NCBI GenBank assembly: GCA_046485285.1 | Contig: JAWOHE010000064.1 | Coordinates: 1 to 40,468, forward strand | Source: a bacterium | GTDB lineage: Bacteria; Hydrothermota; Tepidihabitantia; Tepidihabitantales; Tepidihabitantaceae | Length of the DNA: 40,468 nt | Direction: 5' to 3' | Shown: positions 26,971-36,620 of the stretch, piece after piece | How positions within the stretch are numbered: the first letter of the stretch is position 1 | How the letters are laid out: every line of letters starts with the position of its first letter | Made by a program: the position numbers and the translations under genes | The notes under the pieces: model-generated | Told to the model about the DNA's origin: nothing | What the model saw: only the letters and a program-made list of their open reading frames with translations | The model's database searches: none

Positions 26971-28140
26971 ATGTTGATGGCCGGAGTGTTGCTGTTGGCG
27001 GCATTGCCGGTGCAGGGGAGCCTCGAACTGACCCTGGACCAGGCAGTGTACGCCGCCGAGGGCGCAACCCGGCAGTTGGACGTCAGCTACGAGATTCCCC
27101 ACGCTTCGCTGGCCTTCCTCAGGGTCGATTCCGGGTTCGCGGCGCGGTTCCGGGTCGGGATCGACCTGCTCGACGGCCGGGGCAACCCGGTGGCGGGCGA
27201 TTTCGCGGACCGGCGGGTGGAGGTCGCCGACTACGACGAGACCGTGAGCCGGACCGCGAGCATCGTCGGGACCTTGTCGGTAGCGGTGCCGGCCGGGGCG
27301 GGCGAGGCGTTGGTGCAGGTCTCCGACCTCGGGAGCGAGCGGCGGGCAAGGGCCCGGTTCCGGCTCGGCGACGGCGGGAGCGGGCTCAGGCTGGTGTTCC
27401 TGAAGTCGGGCGAGCCGAACCCGGCCCGGGCGTACGCGCCCGAGGACACGCTCGAGGTGCGGGCCGAGGTGCTGGACCAGGCCCGGCCGGACAGCGTCCG
27501 GTTCGCGGTGCGCGACGGGCGGCGGCCGATACTGGGCCGGGCCGTCGCGGTCGAGGATTCGGGGGGGCGGTTCCGGGCCCGGCTGGTCGAGCCGCTGGCC
27601 GATTCGAGCGGCGCGCCGGCGTTCCCGGGCGGTGAGTACCGGCTCGAGGCGGCCGGGGTCGGCGGAACGGCCGAGCTGCGGGCGCAGGCCGGGTTCAGAT
27701 TCATGGTGCCGTTCTTCCTCGACGAGACCGCCTGGCGGAACCGGGTCGACCGGCTGGTCTGGGTCGCGACGGTCGAGCAGATGCGGGAGCTGCGCGGGCT
27801 CGCCGCGGAGGAGCGCGAGCCGGCCTGGCGCGAGTTCTGGCAGAAGCTCGACCCGAGCCCGACGACCGGGCACAACGAGCGCGAGGTGCAGTATTTCGAG
27901 CGCATCGAATACGCCGAGGAGCATTTCGGCCGGGGCGACCGCGGCTACCGGAGCGACCGGGCCCGCGTCTACGTGACGCTGGGCGCGCCGGACCAGGTTG
28001 ACGCCCGGCCGTTCGAGCTGGATTCATACGCATACGAGGTCTGGAACTACTATTCGCTGGGGCTCGAGTTCGTGTTCGCGGACCGTTACGGGTTCGGCGA
28101 GTACGTGATGGAGAGCCCGAGGAGCTGGCGTGAACGTTAG
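26971..28140 (+). CDS. GWxTD-domain protein (secreted)
   Basis: Signal peptide; FWQKLDPSPTT..NE....YFERIEYA...F...GYRSDRARVYV.LG.PD...YEVWNY; promoter TTGACT-16-TACACT 9 nt upstream. Confidence 0.88.
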   Translation: MLMAGVLLLAALPVQGSLELTLDQAVYAAEGATRQLDVSYEIPHASLAFLRVDSGFAARFRVGIDLLDGRGNPVAGDFADRRVEVADYDETVSRTASIVGTLSVAVPAGAGEALVQVSDLGSERRARARFRLGDGGSGLRLVFLKSGEPNPARAYAPEDTLEVRAEVLDQARPDSVRFAVRDGRRPILGRAVAVEDSGGRFRARLVEPLADSSGAPAFPGGEYRLEAAGVGGTAELRAQAGFRFMVPFFLDETAWRNRVDRLVWVATVEQMRELRGLAAEEREPAWREFWQKLDPSPTTGHNEREVQYFERIEYAEEHFGRGDRGYRSDRARVYVTLGAPDQVDARPFELDSYAYEVWNYYSLGLEFVFADRYGFGEYVMESPRSWRER

Positions 28141-29431
28141 ACTACTGACCGTGCTGGCGGCCGGGGCGGTGGCCCTGGCCGGTGCCGCGCCGCGCCTGGC
28201 CGCGGACTGGGCGGTGTTTCAGGGCGAGGCGGATTCGAGCCGGGTCGAGGTGTTCTACTCGGTGCCGTACCGCCTGCTGAACTACGTCCGGGCCGAGCAG
28301 GGGCTGGAGGCGAAGTTCGCGGTGCGGTTCGAGATGAGCGGGCCGGGCTTCGAGCGGGAGGCGACGCTGTACCGGCGCGGGGCGATCGAGTCGTTCGCCG
28401 CGGCCGAGGAGGCGGACCGGACGTTCGTGGACGGGTTCAGCCTCGCGGCGCCGGCGGGCCGCTACCTGTTGCGGGTGACGCTCTCGGTGCTGGACAGCGC
28501 GGTGCGCCACGAGGAGCCGGGTTTCGTCCCGGCCGACGTCTTCGAGGACAGCATCGAGGTGCCGGCGTTCCGGGCGCGGCCGGACCTGAGCACGCTCCAG
28601 CTCGCCTCGGGCGTGGTCCACGATTCGGCGTCGGGCGGGTTTTCGGTCGTGCCGAACCCGTCCCGGGTGTTCGGCGCGGACCGGGTCTACTTCTACTACG
28701 AGGGCTACGGGCTGAGCCCGGCGGCGGACAGCTACGAACTCGCGACGGCGGTCATCCGGCCGGCGGCCGAGACGCTGGTCGCGAGCCGCCAGGCCCGGCA
28801 CAAGGGCGGGCGCGAGCGGGTGTCGGCCGCGCTCGGGGTCAGCGTCGAGGGACTCGCGCCGGGCGAGTACCGGCTGGCGGTGACGATGCGCGACCGGGCG
28901 ACCGGCGCCACGGCCGGGCGGGTCGCGCCCTTCCGGGTCGCCGGGGCCGACGAGGGGCCGGAGGGCGGCACGGTCTACCGGCTCCAGATGACCCCGCTCG
29001 AGGCGAAGTACCACGACCGGCTCGAGTTCATCGCGAGCCCGCGCGAGCTTGCCTACTACCGGGCGCTGGGCGACTCGGGGAAGCAGTCCTACCTGGCGTG
29101 GTTCTGGTCGCGCCACAACCTGGCCGAGTTCGCCCGGCGGATGGAGACCGCGAGCGAGCGCTTCCGGTCGATGCAGACCGACGGCCTGCGCACCGACCGG
29201 GGCAGGATATACGTCAAGTACGGCCAGCCCGACGAGATCGACCGGCGGGTGCTGGAGATTGACCGGCGGCCGCGCGAGTACTGGAGTTACTACGCCCAGG
29301 GCCACGTCTTCGTGTTCATCGACATCACCGGGAGCGATGACTACCGGCTGGCGTGGACGAACAGCCCGGACGAGCCCCGGACCGGCTACGAGGGCCTCCT
29401 GACGCCGGACGAGCAGGAGACGTTCCGCTGA
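28130..29431 (+). CDS. GWxTD-domain protein (secreted)
   Basis: Signal peptide; FW...F..RM..A.ERF....DGLRTDRGRIYVKYGQPDEI...EYWSY...FVFID. Confidence 0.88.
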   Translation: MNVRLLTVLAAGAVALAGAAPRLAADWAVFQGEADSSRVEVFYSVPYRLLNYVRAEQGLEAKFAVRFEMSGPGFEREATLYRRGAIESFAAAEEADRTFVDGFSLAAPAGRYLLRVTLSVLDSAVRHEEPGFVPADVFEDSIEVPAFRARPDLSTLQLASGVVHDSASGGFSVVPNPSRVFGADRVYFYYEGYGLSPAADSYELATAVIRPAAETLVASRQARHKGGRERVSAALGVSVEGLAPGEYRLAVTMRDRATGATAGRVAPFRVAGADEGPEGGTVYRLQMTPLEAKYHDRLEFIASPRELAYYRALGDSGKQSYLAWFWSRHNLAEFARRMETASERFRSMQTDGLRTDRGRIYVKYGQPDEIDRRVLEIDRRPREYWSYYAQGHVFVFIDITGSDDYRLAWTNSPDEPRTGYEGLLTPDEQETFR

Positions 29432-29433
29432 CG

Positions 29434-30249
29434 ATGGCGGCGGCAGTGCCCGGCGCGCGCCGGGGCCCGGAGTTCGTGCGGGTGGAGATGCACCCGTTCC
29501 GGGCCGAGGTCTGCGCGGTGCCGCTGAGCATCGAGCTGAAGCCCGGGGACATGGTCGTCATCCACGACGAGGATGGTGAGGACCTGGGCCGGGTCGTCGG
29601 CGAGGCGGACGCGGACGAGGGCGGCGGGGTGGTCATCCGGGTCGCGACCGCCGAGGACCTCGCCGGGCAGGCCGAGCTGGCCGAGAAGACCCGGCGGGCG
29701 CTCGAGCTGTTCCGGCAGCAGAAGGACGAGTTCAACCTGCAGATGAAGGTCGTCGACGCCCACTTCCGCTGGGACCGCCGGAAGGTCTGCTTCTACTTCA
29801 TCGCCGACCAGCGGCTCGACTTCCGGGCCTTGCACAAGGTGGTGTCCTCGACGCTCGGGGTCCGGGTCGCGATAAAGCAGGTCGGCGTGCGCGACCACGC
29901 CCGGATGCTGGGCGGGCTCGGCGCGTGCGGGCGCGAGGTCTGCTGCCGGTCGCACCTGGCCGAGATGTCGCCGGTCGCGCTGCGGATGGCGCGGCTCCAG
30001 AACCTGTTCGTCGAGCCGGCGAAGATATCGGGCATCTGCGGGAAGCTGCTCTGCTGTCTCCGGTTCGAGGAGGAGACCTACCGGCAGGCGCTGACCGAGA
30101 TGCCCCGGCCGGGCAGCCGGGTCCGAACCGCGCGGGGCGAGGGCGAGGTCACCGCGGTGAACGTCCCGTCCCGGCGGGTGACGGTGAAGTACGAGGATGA
30201 GTTCGAACAGGTCGTCGCGCTGGAGGAAATCAGGAGTGAAGACCGCTAA
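29434..30249 (+). CDS. ricT: PSP1-domain protein (RicT/YaaT family)
   Basis: FYFIADQRLDFR.L, QVGVRDHARMLGGLGACGREVCC, MARLQNL...PAKISGICGKLLCCLRFE. Confidence 0.9.
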   Translation: MAAAVPGARRGPEFVRVEMHPFRAEVCAVPLSIELKPGDMVVIHDEDGEDLGRVVGEADADEGGGVVIRVATAEDLAGQAELAEKTRRALELFRQQKDEFNLQMKVVDAHFRWDRRKVCFYFIADQRLDFRALHKVVSSTLGVRVAIKQVGVRDHARMLGGLGACGREVCCRSHLAEMSPVALRMARLQNLFVEPAKISGICGKLLCCLRFEEETYRQALTEMPRPGSRVRTARGEGEVTAVNVPSRRVTVKYEDEFEQVVALEEIRSEDR

Positions 30250-31525
30250 GGGCAGGGCCGCGGCGCGGAAGCCGGCACCGGGCGCGCTCGAGCGCGTCGC
30301 CCGGCGCGAGGGACTCGAGCCGGCGGAGCTCCGCCGGCTGGTCCGGGCCGGCCGGGTGGTGCTGGTCCGCAGCCGCCGGCGCCGGAACATCGAGCCGCTG
30401 GCGATCGGCGAGGGCACGCGGGTGAAGGTCAACGCCAACATCGGGACCTCGCCCGACCGCTGCGACCTCGAGCAGGAGCTGGCCAAGCTCCGGGCCGCGG
30501 TCGCGGCCGGGGCGGACACGGTGATGGACCTGTCGGTCGGCGGGGACGTCGACGAGGTCCGGCGCGCGGTCATCAGCGAGTCGCCGGTCCCGGTCGGGAC
30601 GGTACCGATTTACCAGGTCGCGCTTGACGCGCGCGGCCGGCGTCGGTCCTGGCTCGAGGCGAAGCCGCGCGAGGTGCTGGCCGGGGTCGAGAAGCATCTC
30701 GCCGACGGGGTCGACTTCGTGACGGTTCATTGCGGGGTGACCCGGCGCACGGTCGAGACCCTGCGCCGGACGGGCCGGGTCTGCGGCATCGTCTCCCGGG
30801 GCGGCTCGATGACCGCCGAGTGGATGAAGCTCAACCGGCGCGAGAACCCGCTCTACGAATACTACGACGAGCTGCTGGCGATGGCGAAGTCCTACCGGGC
30901 GGTGCTCAGCATCGGTGACGGGCTCAGGCCCGGAGCACTGGCCGACGCGACCGACGAGGCGCAGGTCGCCGAGCTGCTGCTCATCGGCGAGCTGGTCGAG
31001 CGGGCGCGCGCGGCCGGGGTCCAGGCGATGGTCGAGGGACCGGGGCACGTGCCGCTCGACCAGGTCGAGGCCAACGTCCGGCTCGAGAAGCAGGTCTGCG
31101 CCGGCGCGCCGTTCTACCTGCTCGGCCCGCTGGTGACCGACTGCGCGGCCGGCCACGACCACATCGCCGGCGCGATCGGCGGCGCGCTGGCGGCCTGGCA
31201 CGGGGCGGACTTCCTCTGCTACGTTACGCCCTCGGAGCACCTCGGCCTGCCCGGGGTCGAGGACGTCCGGCTCGGCGTCATCGCCTCGCGGATCGCCGGT
31301 CACGCGGCCGACCTCGCCCGCCGGCGGCCCGGCGCGGCGGCCCGCGACCTCCGGATGTCGCGCGCCCGGGCCGCGCTCGACTGGCCGGCGATGTGGAAGG
31401 AAGCGATTGACCCGGAGCGGGCGCGCTCGGTCTTCGAGGCGAGCCGCTCCCGGACCGACGGCGTCTGCACGATGTGCGGCGAATTCTGCGCGATCAAGAG
31501 AACGAAGGAGACGTTTGATGAGTAA
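30236..31525 (+). CDS. thiC: Phosphomethylpyrimidine synthase ThiC family
   Basis: KVNANIGTS, GADTVMDLS, VGTVPIYQ, SRGGS, GDGLRPG, EGPGHVP, YVTPSEHL, CTMCGEFC; GTG start after GGAGG. Confidence 0.92.
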   Translation: MKTAKGRAAARKPAPGALERVARREGLEPAELRRLVRAGRVVLVRSRRRRNIEPLAIGEGTRVKVNANIGTSPDRCDLEQELAKLRAAVAAGADTVMDLSVGGDVDEVRRAVISESPVPVGTVPIYQVALDARGRRRSWLEAKPREVLAGVEKHLADGVDFVTVHCGVTRRTVETLRRTGRVCGIVSRGGSMTAEWMKLNRRENPLYEYYDELLAMAKSYRAVLSIGDGLRPGALADATDEAQVAELLLIGELVERARAAGVQAMVEGPGHVPLDQVEANVRLEKQVCAGAPFYLLGPLVTDCAAGHDHIAGAIGGALAAWHGADFLCYVTPSEHLGLPGVEDVRLGVIASRIAGHAADLARRRPGAAARDLRMSRARAALDWPAMWKEAIDPERARSVFEASRSRTDGVCTMCGEFCAIKRTKETFDE

Positions 31526-32627
31526 GAACCTGGTCAAGCCGAAGTACCGGCTGTTCACGCCCGGCCCGGTCCAGGTGCGGGAGGAACTGCTCGGGGTAAT
31601 GTCGTCGGAGCTGGTCTACCACCGTGAGGCCAGCTTCGGGAAGATCTACGCATCGGTCCAGAAGGGCCTGCAGAAGCTGATGATGACGAAGAACGAGGTC
31701 TACGTGCTGACCTCCTCGGGCACCGGCGCGATGGAGGCCGCGGTCGCCAACCTCGTCCTGCCCAACGAGAAGGTCCTTGTCGCGACGGCGGGCCGGTTCG
31801 GCGAGCGCTGGCGCGAGCTGACAATCCGGTTCGGAGCCTACGTCGATGTGCTCGCCCGGCCCTACGGCGAGTCGATACCGCCGGTCGAGGTCGAGCGGCA
31901 GCTCCGCGCCAACGACACCGCCCGGTGCGTGTTCACGACCCTGACCGAGACCTCGACCGGCGCGCTCCACGACATCAAGGCGATCGGCGAAATCTGCCGC
32001 CGGCTCAACCGCATCCTCGTCGTCGACGCGGTCGCCGGGCTCGGCGCCGACGAGCTCCGGATGGACACCTGGCACGTCGACTGCGTCGTCGGCGGGTCGC
32101 AGAAGGCGGTCGCGGTTCCGCCCGGACTCGCGTTCATCTCGCTGAGCGAGCGGGCGTGGGAGCTCGCCGGCCGCGCCCGCGGCGCCCGGTTCTACTTCGA
32201 CCTCAAGGCCTACCGGAAGTACGCCGAGAAGGGCCAGACGCCGTGGACGCCGGCGATATCGCTGTTCTACGCGCTCGACCTCGGGCTCAGGCGCAACGTC
32301 GGCAGGAGCGCCTCGGCGAGCTGGCTCGCCCACCGGCGGCAGGCCGCCCGGGTCCGGGACCGGGTCAAGGGCCTCAAGCTCGAGATGTTCCCCCAGAACC
32401 CGTCGAACGCGCTGACGGTCTTCAAGATGCCGGATGGCGTCGACGGGGTCCGGGTCATCGAGCTGTGCAAGAAGGACGGCTTCCTGTTCGCCAACGGGCA
32501 GGGCGACCTGCGCGGCAAGGTCGTGCGCATCGGCCACATGGGGTCGATCAAGCCGGCGCTGATGGAACGGGCGCTTGCGAGCTTCAAGCGCAACTACCTG
32601 AAGGTCGCCGGCCGCAAGGCCGGCTAG
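31518..32627 (+). CDS. Class V PLP aminotransferase (serine-pyruvate/alanine-glyoxylate type)
   Basis: LFTPGP, SSGTGAMEAA, ETSTG, VVDAV, GSQKA..PPG, QTPWTP, RIGHMG; AAGGAG SD. Confidence 0.92.
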   Translation: MSKNLVKPKYRLFTPGPVQVREELLGVMSSELVYHREASFGKIYASVQKGLQKLMMTKNEVYVLTSSGTGAMEAAVANLVLPNEKVLVATAGRFGERWRELTIRFGAYVDVLARPYGESIPPVEVERQLRANDTARCVFTTLTETSTGALHDIKAIGEICRRLNRILVVDAVAGLGADELRMDTWHVDCVVGGSQKAVAVPPGLAFISLSERAWELAGRARGARFYFDLKAYRKYAEKGQTPWTPAISLFYALDLGLRRNVGRSASASWLAHRRQAARVRDRVKGLKLEMFPQNPSNALTVFKMPDGVDGVRVIELCKKDGFLFANGQGDLRGKVVRIGHMGSIKPALMERALASFKRNYLKVAGRKAG

Positions 32628-33244
32628 CTGCCCGGCGTCGGTCCGGGTTCGTCGCTGCGCTCGGCCGGGAGCCGGTAGCCGATCATCCAGCGGAAGAACA
32701 CGCTGACGTAGTTCAGGAACGACACGACGATCAGCACGGTGACCGTCGAGTCGACCCAGCCCTTCGCGGGCGCGAGCGCGGGCAGGTCGAGCGTGTAGTA
32801 GACGATGAGCAGCGCGAAGGTGAAGCCGGTTATCTTGCCGAGGACGTCGGAGGAGACGAAGGTCCCGCGCTTCTTCATTATCACCAGGCTGCCGGCGAGG
32901 ATGAGCAGGTCGCGGCCGATGACCGCGACCGCGATGTAGGCCGGCAGGTTGCGGATCAGCACGAGCATCACCAGCACGGTGCCGATCCAGATCTTGTCGA
33001 CGAAGTGGTCGAGCACCCGGCCGAGGTTCGAGACCTGGTGGAGGCGCCGGGCGAACCAGCCGTCAAGCCCGTCGGTAATCCACGCGACGACCATCAGGCC
33101 GAGCGCGATTTCGCCACGACCGCGGCCGAGCAGGAGCAGGATCGGCGGCAGCAGCAACAGCCGGACCAGGCTCAGGATGTTGGGCAGGGTCACCAGCCGG
33201 CGCGCGCCGCCGGGCTCGTGGTTCGGGTGAGCCAGGTCACTCAT
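32624..33244 (-). CDS. CDP-alcohol phosphatidyltransferase (PgsA-like)
   Basis: TLPNILSLVR, TDGLDGWFARR...SNLGRVLDHFVDK. Confidence 0.9.
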   Translation of the reverse strand: MSDLAHPNHEPGGARRLVTLPNILSLVRLLLLPPILLLLGRGRGEIALGLMVVAWITDGLDGWFARRLHQVSNLGRVLDHFVDKIWIGTVLVMLVLIRNLPAYIAVAVIGRDLLILAGSLVIMKKRGTFVSSDVLGKITGFTFALLIVYYTLDLPALAPAKGWVDSTVTVLIVVSFLNYVSVFFRWMIGYRLPAERSDEPGPTPGS

Positions 33245-34919
33245 CGCCGGCCGCCGAGTCGAGAAGCTCGCGGGCGTGGGCGAGCGCGGTCGCGGTGACG
33301 GTCGCGCCCGCGGTCATCCGGGCGAGCTCGCCGACCCGCTCCTCGCCCTCGAGCCGGCGCAGGCTGGTCCGGGTCCGGCCCCGGCTCGTCGTCTTGGCGA
33401 TCAGGAAGTGGTGGTCGGCACAGCGGGCGAGCTGGGGCAGGTGGGTGATGCAGATGACCTGCTGGCTCCGGCCGAGCCGGGCCAGCCGCCGGCCGACCGC
33501 CTCGGCGACCCGGCCGCCGATGCCGGCGTCGATCTCGTCGAAGACCATCACCGGCACGAACGCGACCCGGCTCAGCGTGCTCTTGAGCGCGAGCATCACC
33601 CGGGACAGCTCGCCGCCCGAGGCGACCCGGCGCAACGGCTTGAGCTCCTCGCCCGGGTTGGCTGAGAAACGGAACTCGACCGTGTCGAACCCGGCCGGGC
33701 CGAGGTCGGCCGGGCCCGGTTCGGCCGGGTTCGCGATGCCGGCCTCGAGCCGGGCGCCGGCGAGGCCGAGCGCGGCGAACTCGGTGCCGATGCGCCGGGC
33801 GAGCTCGGCGCCGGCGGCCCGGCGGCGCTTCGACAGCGCGGCCGCCGCGGCGAGCAGCTCCCGGCGGCGGGACTCGATCTCGCCGGCGAGCTCGGCCGTG
33901 CGGGTCTCGTCGAGCTCGGCGGTCGCGAGCTCGGCGGTCAGCTTCTCGGCCAGCGCGGGCAGCTCGTCGGCCGGGACGCCGTACTTGCGTTCGAGCTTCT
34001 CGAGCAGGAACAGCCGGGCGTTGACCTCGTCGGCCCGCTCGGGCGCGAACTGGACGCTCTCCTGGTAGCGGCTGACCCTGCGCCAGAGCTCGTCGAGCAG
34101 GACCCGGGCGGTCCGGGCCGGCTCGATGTCGTCGGCAAGGGCCGGGTCGAGCTTCGCCAGCTCGGCGACCCGGTCGGCGATTGCCGAGGCCAGCTCGACC
34201 GCCGCCCCGTCGCGCTCGGACAGCAGCTCGCCCAGCTCCCGGGCCAGCCGGTGCCGGCGCTCGGAGCTGGCGAGCAGCTCCTGTTCGCGGCGGAGCCCGT
34301 CCGCCTCGCCGGCAACGACCGCGGCCTCGGCGAGCTCGCGGGCCTGGTACTCGGTTAGGTCGCGGCGGCGGCGGCGCTCGGCGACCGCGGCCTCGAGCGC
34401 GGCGAGCTCGGCCTCGGCCGCGCGCAGGGCCTCGTGGCCGGTGCGGTACCTGGCGCGGGCGGCGTCGAGCCGGGCGTGGGCGTCGAGGATGTCGAGCTGG
34501 GCCGCGGGGTCGAGCAGGAGCTGGTGCTGGTGCTGGCCGTGGAGGTCGACGAGCCGGTCGCCCAGCCGGCGGAGCGCACCGGCGGTGACCGGGGTGTCGT
34601 TGAGCCAGGCGCTCGACCGGCCGTCGACGCCGGCCCGGCGGCGGATGATGAGCTCGTCCGACTCGAGCTCGATCCCCGCCTCCAGGCAGGCCCCGGCCAG
34701 CCCGGCGACCCCGACGAACCGCGCCTCGACCGTGCAGTCGGTCGCGCCGGTCCGGATCATCGTCGCGTCGTGGCGCTCGCCGAGCGCGAGCGAGAGCGCG
34801 CCGACGATTATCGACTTGCCAGCGCCGGTCTCGCCGGTCAGCACGGTCAGCCCGGGGCCGAGCTCGACCGCGAGGTCGTCAATCAGCGCGTAGTTGCGGA
34901 CCCGCAGTTCGGCGAGCAC
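33237..34919 (-). CDS. recN: DNA repair protein RecN
   Basis: LTGETGAGKS, LHGQH, ASGGELSRVMLALK, FDEIDAGIGG, CITHLPQ. Confidence 0.97.
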   Translation of the reverse strand: MLAELRVRNYALIDDLAVELGPGLTVLTGETGAGKSIIVGALSLALGERHDATMIRTGATDCTVEARFVGVAGLAGACLEAGIELESDELIIRRRAGVDGRSSAWLNDTPVTAGALRRLGDRLVDLHGQHQHQLLLDPAAQLDILDAHARLDAARARYRTGHEALRAAEAELAALEAAVAERRRRRDLTEYQARELAEAAVVAGEADGLRREQELLASSERRHRLARELGELLSERDGAAVELASAIADRVAELAKLDPALADDIEPARTARVLLDELWRRVSRYQESVQFAPERADEVNARLFLLEKLERKYGVPADELPALAEKLTAELATAELDETRTAELAGEIESRRRELLAAAAALSKRRRAAGAELARRIGTEFAALGLAGARLEAGIANPAEPGPADLGPAGFDTVEFRFSANPGEELKPLRRVASGGELSRVMLALKSTLSRVAFVPVMVFDEIDAGIGGRVAEAVGRRLARLGRSQQVICITHLPQLARCADHHFLIAKTTSRGRTRTSLRRLEGEERVGELARMTAGATVTATALAHARELLDSAAGDE

Positions 34920-34920
34920 G

Positions 34921-35766
34921 CTAGACCTGGCTCCCGCGCCACTTGAGCTTGTCGCGCAGGATGCCGTACCAGCTTTTGCGGTGCGGCGTCACGAGCCGGA
35001 CGCAGAACCCGGCGCGGCCGATCGCGAACGGCCGGCCGGGCCGGAGCGGCCAGACCTGCTGGCCGTCGATGTTGAGCGTCGCCGGGTCCGAGCCGGCGGC
35101 GAGCTCGACCTCGAGCGCGGCGTCGGCGGGCAGGATCAGCGGCCGGGCGGCGAGCGCGTGGGGGGCGAGCGGGGTCAGTACGATCGCCGCCATCGTCGGG
35201 ACGACTACCGGGCCGCCGGCCGCGAGCGAGTAGGCGGTCGAGCCGGTCGGGGTCGCGATGACGATGCCGTCGCCGGAGAAGCGGTTGATGAACTCGCCGT
35301 CGGCGCGGACGATGACCTTGATGACCCGGCCGGCCCGGCCCATGTTGACCGCGCAGTCGTTGACCGCGAAGCCGCGGCGCCGGCCGAGCCGGCAGGCGAG
35401 CGCCATCCGGCGCTCCTCGCGGTGCCGGCCGCGGGCGAAGGCGGTGACGCCGGCGCGGGCCTCGCCGGTCGAGAACTCGGTCAGGAACCCGAGCCCGCCG
35501 AGGTTGACGCCCATTATCGGGGTCTCGCTCGCGCCGACGAGCCGGGCTGCGCGAAGCAGGGTGCCGTCGCCGCCGAGCGCGACGACGAGGTCGGCGGCGC
35601 GGACGATTTCCCCGGGCGGCCGGCAGGCGGCCCGGATCCCGAACGCCCGGGCCGTGCCCGGGGCGAGCACCGGGCGGTGGCCGCGCGCGCTCAGCCACTC
35701 GACGAAGCCGGCAAGAAACCGCCGGGCGGCGGGCTTCTCGCGGTTGACGAGCAGGCCGACGTTCAT
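34921..35766 (-). CDS. nadK: NAD(+) kinase
   Basis: LGGDGTLL, GVNLGGLGFL, VND, GDG...ATPTGSTAYSLAAGGP. Confidence 0.96.
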   Translation of the reverse strand: MNVGLLVNREKPAARRFLAGFVEWLSARGHRPVLAPGTARAFGIRAACRPPGEIVRAADLVVALGGDGTLLRAARLVGASETPIMGVNLGGLGFLTEFSTGEARAGVTAFARGRHREERRMALACRLGRRRGFAVNDCAVNMGRAGRVIKVIVRADGEFINRFSGDGIVIATPTGSTAYSLAAGGPVVVPTMAAIVLTPLAPHALAARPLILPADAALEVELAAGSDPATLNIDGQQVWPLRPGRPFAIGRAGFCVRLVTPHRKSWYGILRDKLKWRGSQV

Positions 35767-36614
35767 CGGCCGGCCCCCGGGTGTTCGAGGAAGAGATAGC
35801 GGACGCGGCCGGCGAGGTCGCGCTCGACGCGCGCGGCAGGCGCGCGCCGCCGGAGCGCGCCGGCGTGCGAGCCGTCGATTTCGAGCGCCAGGAGCCCGCC
35901 GGGTGCGAGCCGATCCGGTCCCCCGTCAATCAGCATCGTGAGAATCCTAGCGCCGTCCGGGCCGCCATCAAGTGCCGCGCGCGGCTCGTGGTCGCGGACC
36001 CGCCAGGCGAGTCGGGCGAGCCGGGCGGTCGGGACGTAGGGCGGGTTGGCGATGATGAGGTCGAAACGGCGGCGCGCCAGCGCCGGCGCGTCGAGCCGGT
36101 CCGCGGCGGCGAGGCGGACCCGGGGCCCGAGCCGGTGCTCACCGACGTTCCGGCCGGCGAGCGCGAGCGCGCGGCGCGAGGAGTCGACCGCGAGCACGCG
36201 GCAGCGCGGGCAGAGCCGGGCGACCGCGATCGCGATGCAGCCGGAGCCGGTCCCGAAGTCGAGGACCCGGCGCGGGTCGGGCCGGCGCTCGAGCGCGCGC
36301 AGGACCAGCTCCTCGGTCTCGGGTCGGGGCACCAGCACCCGCCGGTCGACCCGGACCTCGAAGTCGAGGAACGGCGCGCGGCCGGTGACGTACTGGGGCG
36401 GCTCGCCGGCCGCGACCCGGCGCGCCAGCCGCGCGAACCGGGCGGCCCGGGACGGGGCGACCGGCCGGTCGTCGAGCCAGAGCTCGTGGCGGGAACAGCC
36501 GAGCAGGGCGAGGAGCAGGAACTCGGCGTCGGCGCGGCTGATGCCGCGGGTACGGCGGAGCAGGTCGCGGGGCCGGCGGGCGACGGGCTTCCGGTCGGCG
36601 CTTTCCCGGCGCAT
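35763..36614 (-). CDS. prmC: Release factor glutamine methyltransferase
   Basis: GEPPQY, VLVPRPETEEL, DFGTGSGCIA, NPPY, EP..ALDGG.DG; follows prfA. Confidence 0.95.
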   Translation of the reverse strand: MRRESADRKPVARRPRDLLRRTRGISRADAEFLLLALLGCSRHELWLDDRPVAPSRAARFARLARRVAAGEPPQYVTGRAPFLDFEVRVDRRVLVPRPETEELVLRALERRPDPRRVLDFGTGSGCIAIAVARLCPRCRVLAVDSSRRALALAGRNVGEHRLGPRVRLAAADRLDAPALARRRFDLIIANPPYVPTARLARLAWRVRDHEPRAALDGGPDGARILTMLIDGGPDRLAPGGLLALEIDGSHAGALRRRAPAARVERDLAGRVRYLFLEHPGAGR

Positions 36615-36620
36615 TGCCGG

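Noticed and set aside
30180-30240. TPP riboswitch before thiC
   Set aside because: thiC overlaps the ricT 3' end; no intergenic space or TPP consensus
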